Source: a virus (lineage: Duplodnaviria; Caudoviricetes). From it: a stretch of DNA of 31,345 bases. Under the pieces are notes generated by a model. It was not told the DNA's origin. It did no database searches and was given only the letters and a program-made list of their open reading frames with translations. Shown one piece after another: positions 24,760 through 31,345 of this stretch. How positions within the stretch are numbered: position 1 is the stretch's first letter; every line of letters starts with the position of its first letter. Made by a program: the position numbers and the translations under genes. The stretch lies in the IMG/VR virus record IMGVR_UViG_3300027732_000081, positions 1 through 31,345 of that record; one strand, given 5' to 3'.

Positions 24760-25859
24760 TCCTCAGACCCAGTGCAGCATCGCGCTGGATCGCCTGCCCG
24801 GCCAGCGTGCGCCTGTCCCAAGGGATCGAGCAAGAACCTGCTGGGGAAGCTGCGCAGATCGGGACGGCCATCCATGCCCTGGCCGAGCTTTGCTACAAGA
24901 CTGGAACCAACCCGGCAAACCATGTCGGCAAGGCGATTGGAAACATCACCATGACGGCGGCCAATGCCGAGTATGCGCAGCTCCACCTCGATGAGATCAA
25001 GCGGGTCAGGGACGAACTGGGGCACGTCAGGGTCGAGCAGTACGTCACCATTGTGGACACTGACGAGGTCAAGCTGGGCGGGACTGCTGACGTTGTGGGT
25101 GTTGGGTCTGGCAAGCTCATCGTGAGCGATTTGAAGACAGGCAAAGGCTGGGTGGATGCTGACAGTCCCCAGCTCAAGATCTACGCCTTGGGCGCCATCA
25201 GGTCAGCCGCAAAGAACGGCATACCGCCACCCCAAAGCATTGAGCTGCGCATTGTCCAACCGCACCATGGTGACGTGCGCAGCCACTCGATGACGTATAA
25301 AGAACTCTGGGACTGGTATCAAAACACCTTGCGCCCGGCCATTGTCCAGGTTACTGTGGATGACGCCCAACCAAACCCCAGTGATGGCGCCTGTCAGTAC
25401 TGCCCTGCCAAGATCGTTTGCCCTGCCCAACGCAAAGGGTTTGAGGTGCTCGCGGCCAAGCCAGACCTCAGAACCCTGGACAAGCAACAGATCCAGGCCG
25501 TCATGGTCTCGCTATCAGTTGAGCAGATTGCTGACCTCTTGGAGCGTGCGCCAGTGGTGGAGAAATTCATTGACGCTGTGCGTGACCATGCTGTGCAACG
25601 AATCAGGAACGGTGAGTCAATTCATGGATGGCAGATGGTCCCAAAGCGTGCAACACGCAAATGGACCAACGAGGATGCCGCCTTGCAAGCGCTAACTACG
25701 GCTGGCCTTGACAAGTCCAAACTGGTCTTAACTGAGATGGTGACGCCTGCGGTGGCCGAGAAGCTGCTGGGCAAGGACAAGAAGTCCATGGTCGATGACC
25801 TCACCACAAAAGAATCCTCGGGTTTGACTCTAGGCCGTGCCGTTGAGATTGCCCAATAA
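24744..25859 (+). CDS. DUF2800 / Cas4-like PD-(D/E)XK nuclease
   Basis: PSAASRWIACPAS, GTAIHALAE, GGTADVV, SDLKTG, QLKIYALG and CQYCPAKIVCP Cys cluster. Confidence 0.88.
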   Translation: MEQKIILRPSAASRWIACPASVRLSQGIEQEPAGEAAQIGTAIHALAELCYKTGTNPANHVGKAIGNITMTAANAEYAQLHLDEIKRVRDELGHVRVEQYVTIVDTDEVKLGGTADVVGVGSGKLIVSDLKTGKGWVDADSPQLKIYALGAIRSAAKNGIPPPQSIELRIVQPHHGDVRSHSMTYKELWDWYQNTLRPAIVQVTVDDAQPNPSDGACQYCPAKIVCPAQRKGFEVLAAKPDLRTLDKQQIQAVMVSLSVEQIADLLERAPVVEKFIDAVRDHAVQRIRNGESIHGWQMVPKRATRKWTNEDAALQALTTAGLDKSKLVLTEMVTPAVAEKLLGKDKKSMVDDLTTKESSGLTLGRAVEIAQ

Positions 25860-25914
25860 TCCCATTCCCCCAACCGTGTCTATTGACACACAACTCTGAA
25901 AGCGAAAACGCAAA

Positions 25915-26505
25915 ATGCTTAACTTATCCTCTGGTGGCGGCTCCGGATCCTACATTCGTTTCTCTCCCCAGGCCAATGCCTGGACCAATCAAGATGGAGA
26001 GATCCAACTTGGCAAAGTGGTCTTTGACATTGACAACGTGGTCACCGGCTGGCTCGAGCTGGGCGTTGGTGTGCGTGACTGGCAGCCTGATGCTGCCCTG
26101 GGCAAGAAGGGTCCGCAGCCCACTGCAAACCACAAGCGTGGGTTTAGTGTGGTGTTTTATTCCAAGGCACTTGGAACTGTTGAGTGGTCCAGCAATGGCG
26201 TTGGCCCCAACATGGGACTCGAAGCCCTGTGGAAGCAGTGTTCTGAGCAGCGTGCTGCAAACCCTGACAAACTGCCAGTGATTGAGTACACAGGCAGCCG
26301 AATGGAGAAGATCGGCAAGGGCACAACTCGCATCCCGGCATTTAACTTAACGGGTTGGATCGCCAGGCCAGCAGGCATGGACGCGCAGACACCGCCCATT
26401 GACGAGTTTGATCCTTTCCCTGCGCCAGTACCGGCACCAGCAGCTCCAGCGGCCAAGCAACACGCTGCACCTATCCCCGTTCACTCTGACGAGGACTTGT
26501 TCTAA
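25915..26505 (+). CDS. Probable single-stranded DNA-binding protein
   Basis: Aromatic beta-rich core, Pro/Ala linker and acidic-aromatic tail SDEDLF; located between the nuclease and the primase-helicase. Confidence 0.7.
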   Translation: MLNLSSGGGSGSYIRFSPQANAWTNQDGEIQLGKVVFDIDNVVTGWLELGVGVRDWQPDAALGKKGPQPTANHKRGFSVVFYSKALGTVEWSSNGVGPNMGLEALWKQCSEQRAANPDKLPVIEYTGSRMEKIGKGTTRIPAFNLTGWIARPAGMDAQTPPIDEFDPFPAPVPAPAAPAAKQHAAPIPVHSDEDLF

Positions 26506-26522
26506 GACGTAACGAATTAAGG

Positions 26523-26550
26523 GCCGGGGCTTTGTCCCCGGCTTTTTTTT
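26523..26550 (+). terminator. Rho-independent terminator after SSB
   Basis: GCCGGGG-CTTTGT-CCCCGGC followed by T8. Confidence 0.85.
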
Positions 26551-26555
26551 CCCTC

Positions 26556-26669
26556 ATGGAATCAAAAGAAGAATTCTGGCAACTGCTGGTGCTGCTCTTA
26601 GCCCGGCGGGTGTACGAATTGGAGCAAAGAATTAAAAAAATGGAGAAGCAATGCAAGCCGAACAAATAG
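26556..26669 (+). CDS. Possible 37-aa ORF before the primase
   Basis: Read by hand: MESKEEFWQLLVLLLARRVYELEQRIKKMEKQCKPNK. No clear RBS. Confidence 0.4.
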   Translation: MESKEEFWQLLVLLLARRVYELEQRIKKMEKQCKPNK

Positions 26670-28738
26670 CGAAGGCGCTTGGCAACGCGAAGAGAGTTGG
26701 CAAAGGATGGTTGGCAAGCTGCCCACTGCCAACGCATGGACAAGGGCATGGAGACAAGAACCCGAGTCTGTCAATCAGTGACGGCGAAGACGGAAAACCG
26801 CTGTTCAAGTGCCACTCTGGGTGCGATCAGCATGAGTTGTTCCACGCCATAAGGGACTATGGTCTGCTGCCAGAGATCGAGAAACGCGATCCATTGGCAT
26901 CGATCAAGCCACTGCCAGCTCTGGCGCCGCAAGTCTTGGAGCATGAGTGGGTCTATGTGGACGAGGACGGTGAACCCCTGTTCGTGAAGCAAAGATTCAA
27001 GACTCACAGTGCCAAGGGCAAAGACTACAGGCAGATGCGTTGCGTCAAGCAGCCAGATGGGACTATTGCCAAGTTTCCAGGGTTCAGAGACACGCGCCTG
27101 GTGCCGTACAGGTTCCCCGAGTTGTTGTCTGCAAAAACTGCAGGCCGCACCATATTTCTAACTGAGGGGGAAAAGGCAGCCGATGCCCTGGTATCGATTG
27201 GAGTTATCGCCACAAGTGCTCATGCTGGGTCAGGGTCATGGCCCGAGGAGATAACGCAGTACTTTGCCGGCGCAGTGGTCATCATGGTCCCCGACAACGA
27301 TCTGGCGGGTTGGACGTATGCGGCCAAGGTGGCAGCGGCACTGATCCCTGTGGTGAAGTCACTCAGGATCTTGGACCTGCCAGTGGAAGGGTTGACAGAT
27401 GATGCCTGGGAGTGGGTCAATGTCCTGGGAGGCACCAGGCAGGCACTGGTGGAGCTGGCAAAACTGAGTCCATTGATACGCCATGAAGATGACGTAACGA
27501 CCCCGGAAAGATTAAGCGGTTCAACACCAAACGCAACAAACGTAAACGCAACCGCCCCAGGCAACGTCCACCAAGAAACAGACAAGACCTACAAACCCTT
27601 CAAGATCGAAAGCTGGCAGTCAGTCAAGGATGAACCCATTAAGTGGTTAATACAAGACGTGATCCCCGATCAGTCCTTGGTTGCCCTCTTTGGGCCACCA
27701 GCCTCATTCAAGTCATTCCATGCAATGTCCATTGCCGAGTGCATAGCCAGTGGCAGACCTTGGATGGGTAAAGAGATCAACGGCAGCGGTCCAGTTTTGT
27801 ATATCGCGGGGGAGGGGTATGGGGGAATAGGGGCCAGGATTGCCGCCATCAAGCAGCACCACAAGACCCCTGACTCAGCCCAGCTCTATGTCGTGCGCTC
27901 CATGATCAACCTCAGATCAAGTGTGGATGACTTTACGAACCTGGTCCTGGCAATCGATGAGCTGGTGCAGTTGATCGGCGTTCAACTGCGCATGATCGTG
28001 ATCGATACCCTGGCACGGTCATTTGGCGGTGGAAATGAGAATAATTCTGATGATATGGGGGTCTATATCCAGTCATTGGGCAAGATCCAGAACCGCTACA
28101 AGTGCTCACTCATGTTGCTGCATCATGCAGGGAAGGACAGTAGTAAAGGGTTGCGTGGGCATAGCTCACTCCTGGCAGCGGCGGATACCTCGATGGAGAT
28201 CTTGAGGTTCACAGAATCCATGAAAGGCCAGATCATTATGTCTAAGCAGAAGGACGGCGAGGACGGCCAAAGGTACGGGTTTGAGGCCATCACGGTGGAC
28301 ATTGACAGGTCTGAACTGGGCCTGGAGAACGGCAGCAGCCTGGTTATTGAGGCGTCAGATGTTGGCGACACGAAGGACAAGACCGAAGAAAATAAGCCAC
28401 AAAAGGGCAAACCAATTGGGGCAAAACAGAAGATTGCCGAGAAGTCACTGAATGTTGCAATTAAAACCTTTGGCTCCATTATGGACACTCCAGAGGGGCG
28501 CAAAAACACCATCACTTTGGACCAGTGGAAGGCCGAATTTACGGCCATGATTGGTTCAGATGTGTCCGCAAAAGACCTGGCAACGTACTGGTTAAGGGCC
28601 AAGGATCACGTCATAAAGAGTGGCTTTGGGACCATAAGGAACGACAAGGTATGGGCCAACCGTAAGGACGTTACCACTGGATTTGAGGCAGAGGCACTGC
28701 TAAAGGCAGGGAAAATGGCCGCATTGGTTGATGAGTGA
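26651..28738 (+). CDS. Primase-helicase (Zn finger + TOPRIM + RepA/AAA_25-type SF4 helicase)
   Basis: CPLPTH...DKNPSLSI...CHSGC Zn finger; TOPRIM EGEKAADAL and PDND; Walker A GPPASFKS, YIAGEG, Walker B IVIDTLAR, LHHAGK and LRGHS. Confidence 0.92.
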   Translation: MQAEQIAKALGNAKRVGKGWLASCPLPTHGQGHGDKNPSLSISDGEDGKPLFKCHSGCDQHELFHAIRDYGLLPEIEKRDPLASIKPLPALAPQVLEHEWVYVDEDGEPLFVKQRFKTHSAKGKDYRQMRCVKQPDGTIAKFPGFRDTRLVPYRFPELLSAKTAGRTIFLTEGEKAADALVSIGVIATSAHAGSGSWPEEITQYFAGAVVIMVPDNDLAGWTYAAKVAAALIPVVKSLRILDLPVEGLTDDAWEWVNVLGGTRQALVELAKLSPLIRHEDDVTTPERLSGSTPNATNVNATAPGNVHQETDKTYKPFKIESWQSVKDEPIKWLIQDVIPDQSLVALFGPPASFKSFHAMSIAECIASGRPWMGKEINGSGPVLYIAGEGYGGIGARIAAIKQHHKTPDSAQLYVVRSMINLRSSVDDFTNLVLAIDELVQLIGVQLRMIVIDTLARSFGGGNENNSDDMGVYIQSLGKIQNRYKCSLMLLHHAGKDSSKGLRGHSSLLAAADTSMEILRFTESMKGQIIMSKQKDGEDGQRYGFEAITVDIDRSELGLENGSSLVIEASDVGDTKDKTEENKPQKGKPIGAKQKIAEKSLNVAIKTFGSIMDTPEGRKNTITLDQWKAEFTAMIGSDVSAKDLATYWLRAKDHVIKSGFGTIRNDKVWANRKDVTTGFEAEALLKAGKMAALVDE

Positions 28739-28759
28739 GTCATGTAATGGCTGACAATG

Positions 28760-28893
28760 TTATCCACTACAAATACTACAACTACCACAGATGTAGTGCA
28801 GCTGTAGTGCTACACATACTACAACTACTACAAACACCCCTGGAAGGGGTTGTTTGTAGTGTGGTGTGTAGTGTGGTGTTTGTGGTGTAGTGG
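28760..28893. repeat. ACTACA/TGTAGT direct and inverted repeat array (candidate replication origin)
   Basis: ACTAC(A) at 28766, 28775, 28781, 28818, 28824 and 28827; TGTAGT at 28792, 28803, 28855, 28867 and 28886; hairpin 28827-28860. Confidence 0.75.
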
Positions 28894-28929
28894 TTATTGA
28901 TTTGATGATTAATGGATTGAAGGTGCAAG

Positions 28930-29628
28930 ATGAGCGCAAAACAGAACCAAGTGGGTCAGGTCAAAAGTCGCATACCCAGCCGTGGTGTTAAGCCAGACTT
29001 TCCCGCAACAGATTTTGAGATCAGGCAGGCATCATGGCTGGCTGAGATTGATCGCATTAAGGTGGATCAGGATCAAAAATGGGGGACTGACAGATTGTGT
29101 ACTTTAGTTGATCCAGCGTTTCGAGAGAAATTCTGGCAACAACAGCAGCGGGTCTGGTCTGCTTGTCAGGCCAGGGATAGCGAGAAGCTCGAGAAGTCAG
29201 CAGCAGGCATGGTCAGGGCTTACCAAGCTCTCGAGGCTTGGGCATTCCAGAACGCAGTGCCGGTGCGGCCAGCCGTGGGCGCGGTGGAGCATGTTGGGAA
29301 AGATGGGAAGCTGATGGTGGTGGTCGCCACCAAGCAAGATGCGGTCTGGTATCGGGAGAATCGGCCAGACGTTACCGGGCAGCACGTTTGGTCCATGGAG
29401 GAGATCGAGCTGCTGATTGAGGCCGAGATCAACCAGGCAGTGGTCGAGGCCAAGATCAGGTACGCTAGGTTTGACCCGGTGGTGGTCAAGGTGGAGAAGT
29501 TGGGAGGTGAAACGGGCTTTGATGACTTTGTCAATGATCTGGATCTCTCGCAACCATCGAAGGAACCTAAAATGTTCGACAGCAAAACAGCGGAGAAATT
29601 TAAGCATGGACAGAATCAATCGATTTAA
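28930..29628 (+). CDS. Hypothetical protein downstream of the primase-helicase
   Basis: 232-aa ORF with an AAGGTG RBS; KWGTDRLCTLV motif, no recognisable domain. Confidence 0.75.
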   Translation: MSAKQNQVGQVKSRIPSRGVKPDFPATDFEIRQASWLAEIDRIKVDQDQKWGTDRLCTLVDPAFREKFWQQQQRVWSACQARDSEKLEKSAAGMVRAYQALEAWAFQNAVPVRPAVGAVEHVGKDGKLMVVVATKQDAVWYRENRPDVTGQHVWSMEEIELLIEAEINQAVVEAKIRYARFDPVVVKVEKLGGETGFDDFVNDLDLSQPSKEPKMFDSKTAEKFKHGQNQSI

Positions 29629-29696
29629 GGCACTTTGTGCCAGATGCTGGGCTTGGGTACTTGATCGCGTTAAAAGCGCTGGAAAGGGCTGAAAAC

Positions 29697-30128
29697 ATGC
29701 CTGGAAGACCTAAATTTAGACGTGACCTTGCCTTGCTGGAAGAGCTGCCAGAGGAGATGATCTTTTCAATGGTCGAGGCTGGCAAGCCAATGTCGGTGAT
29801 TTGCATCGAGCTGGGTATCGGGCGCAAGGCGTTAGAGACGTGGATCGAAGATCAGGATCGTCCTGATATGATCGCCCGTGCGCGTGCAAAAGCAGCCGAT
29901 GAGTTGGCTTGTGAGACGCTGGCGATAGCGGACAACACCGATCCAGAGCACGCCGCGCACGCTCGCGTCCGCATCCAAACGCGCCAGTGGCTGGCTGAGA
30001 AGTGGAAACCGAGCGTCTACGGCACCAAACAGGCGCAGGTCCAGGTCAACATTCACTCGATGCGGATGGATGCACTGCGCCATGCCGAGGTGATCGAGGT
30101 CGAGTTATCCACAGGGCAGGACAAATAA
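29697..30128 (+). CDS. terS: Terminase small subunit (Sf6 gp1-like)
   Basis: MPGRP start, HTH (MSVICIELGIGRKALETW), ARARAKAADELA...IAD and RIQTRQWLAEKWKPSVYG; upstream of terL. Confidence 0.82.
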   Translation: MPGRPKFRRDLALLEELPEEMIFSMVEAGKPMSVICIELGIGRKALETWIEDQDRPDMIARARAKAADELACETLAIADNTDPEHAAHARVRIQTRQWLAEKWKPSVYGTKQAQVQVNIHSMRMDALRHAEVIEVELSTGQDK

Positions 30129-30190
30129 GTGACTACTTATCCACAGATCAGAGGGGATTGCCTGTGGATAATGGCCATATCTGTGCATAA
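30105..30190. promoter_or_regulatory. Cluster of four DnaA boxes
   Basis: TTATCCACA at 30105 and 30137 (+), TGTGGATAA at 30163 (-), TGTGCATAA at 30182 (-, one mismatch). Confidence 0.75.
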
Positions 30191-30447
30191 GCACTGTCGT
30201 ATGCCCGTAATAACTTAACATAATGGACAATGTAGCGATTAGGCTTTTGATAACGATCAGTCGATTCCAGCGTACATGCGGCATCGAGCGCAAGCAGTCA
30301 CTAACCAGCAATTCACAGGCGCGTGCAAGTTGCACACAGGCAGTTGGCGCCTGGCCGCTGGCGCTGGCCTGCGCGGCCCGGCTCCGACCCCCCCCTTGCG
30401 CTCGCGGCTGGGGGCAGGCTGATGCAGCACCTTGAGAAACACCGACC

Positions 30448-31345
30448 ATGACCCACCCCACTACCCCCGACCCCATCGCGTCCAGCGTCCCAAAAAAAAT
30501 AAAAAAGGTGGAGACAACGCTGGACCCCACCCAGAACCCGTTTGTTGAATTTGTAAGACTCTACAAGAACAACCCTGTAAGGTTTGTGCAAGAAGTGCTG
30601 GGCGTCACCCCTGACCCTTGGCAAGCAGAATTCTTGATGCACATTGCCAAGGGCAACCGCCGCATCTCTGTCAGGTCCGGCCATGGAGTTGGCAAATCTA
30701 CCGCTGGTGCCTGGGCCATGCTTTGGTATTTGCATTTGCGGTTCCCGGTGAAGATTGTGGTCACGGCCCCCACTTCCAGCCAGCTCTATGACGCCTTGTT
30801 TGCGGAACTCAAGCGCTGGATCAAGGCCATGCCGCAACTCTTGCAGGATCAGCTCGAGGTCAAGCAGGACCGCATCGAGGTCAAGGATGCCGCCACCGAA
30901 GCGTTTATCTCAGCCAGGACGAGCAGGGCCGAGCAGCCCGAGGCCTTGCAAGGGGTACACAGCGACAACGTGATGCTTGTTGGGGATGAGGCATCGGGTA
31001 TACCCGAACAGGTATTCGAGGCCGCTGGTGGCTCCATGTCGGGGCACAACGCCGTCACCTTGCTGCTGGGAAACCCGGTGCGGTCCAGTGGATTTTTTTA
31101 CGACACCCACAACCGGCTTGCTGATGACTGGGTGACCATGAAGGTAGCGTGCGCTGACTCACCTCAAGTCAGCCAGGAATACATTGAGGAGATGAAGGCG
31201 CGTTACGGTGAGGAGTCGAACGCTTACCGCATCAGGGTGCTGGGTGAATTCCCCAGATCTGACGATGACACGGTGATCCCCATGGAACTGCTGGAGATGG
31301 CAAGCCAGAGGGACGTTGAGGCCAGCCAACACGCTAGGATGGTCT
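30448..31345 (+). CDS. terL: Terminase large subunit, 3' truncated by the window edge (absent from the ORF track)
   Basis: Read by hand from ATG 30448: PDPWQAEFL, Walker A RSGHGVGKS, VTAPTSSQL, Walker B VMLVGDEASG, LLLGNP and RVLGEFP. No stop before the window end. Confidence 0.93.
   Translation, partial: MTHPTTPDPIASSVPKKIKKVETTLDPTQNPFVEFVRLYKNNPVRFVQEVLGVTPDPWQAEFLMHIAKGNRRISVRSGHGVGKSTAGAWAMLWYLHLRFPVKIVVTAPTSSQLYDALFAELKRWIKAMPQLLQDQLEVKQDRIEVKDAATEAFISARTSRAEQPEALQGVHSDNVMLVGDEASGIPEQVFEAAGGSMSGHNAVTLLLGNPVRSSGFFYDTHNRLADDWVTMKVACADSPQVSQEYIEEMKARYGEESNAYRIRVLGEFPRSDDDTVIPMELLEMASQRDVEASQHARMV

Noticed and set aside
24744-25859. Cas4-like nuclease as part of a CRISPR-Cas system
   Set aside because: No other cas genes or array are present. 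Stand-alone DUF2800 nucleases are routine in phage replication modules.
25876-25889. GTGTC-TATT-GACAC hairpin containing TTGACA upstream of SSB
   Set aside because: The stem is only 5 bp and there is no matching -10 at the right spacing, so it is too weak to call.
29637-29696. Longer terS start at 29637, and a 28-aa ORF at 29606-29692
   Set aside because: MPGRP at 29697 fits the terS family start better. The short ORF has no clear RBS and could not be supported.
30490-30506. A-runs at the start of terL as a frameshift or assembly error
   Set aside because: The frame from ATG 30448 reads through the runs (PKKIKK) into the terminase motifs without a shift.
30105-30837. Short ORFs in and around the terS-terL gap (30223-30435 +, 30105-30530 -, 30313-30837 -)
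   Set aside because: They lack convincing RBSs, have low-complexity GC-driven composition, or are antisense to terL.

Overview
The window is a nearly complete, circularly permuted genome of a short-tailed (podovirus-type, P22-like gene order) dsDNA phage of a Gram-negative host. It starts inside the portal gene and ends inside the terminase large subunit gene. The + strand carries portal, scaffold, major capsid, a glycosyltransferase, adaptor, tail and fibre genes, an expanded lysis cassette (Rz with embedded Rz1, GH19 endolysin), a nozzle and four probable DNA-ejection proteins (1-20831). A leftward block of small early genes follows (20783-23603), then a divergent control region. The rightward replication block holds an HTH regulator, a RuvC-like resolvase, a DUF2800/Cas4-like nuclease, an SSB and a primase-helicase, followed by terS and terL. 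No integrase, CI-type repressor, DNA polymerase, tRNA or CRISPR array was seen. The most interesting signals are: (i) a last ejection protein with an HhH-glycosylase-like C-terminal domain, overlapped tail-to-tail by an unlisted 58-aa acidic ORF (candidate injected effector/immunity pair); (ii) a GGLL/GLL motif at the ends of all four ejection proteins; (iii) four DnaA boxes at the terS end; (iv) an ACTACA/TGTAGT repeat array after the primase-helicase; (v) a glycosyltransferase in the head operon; (vi) a hairpin-bridged ribosome-binding site; (vii) a candidate small RNA in the control region. Family assignments come from motif recognition and gene order only; no searches were run.
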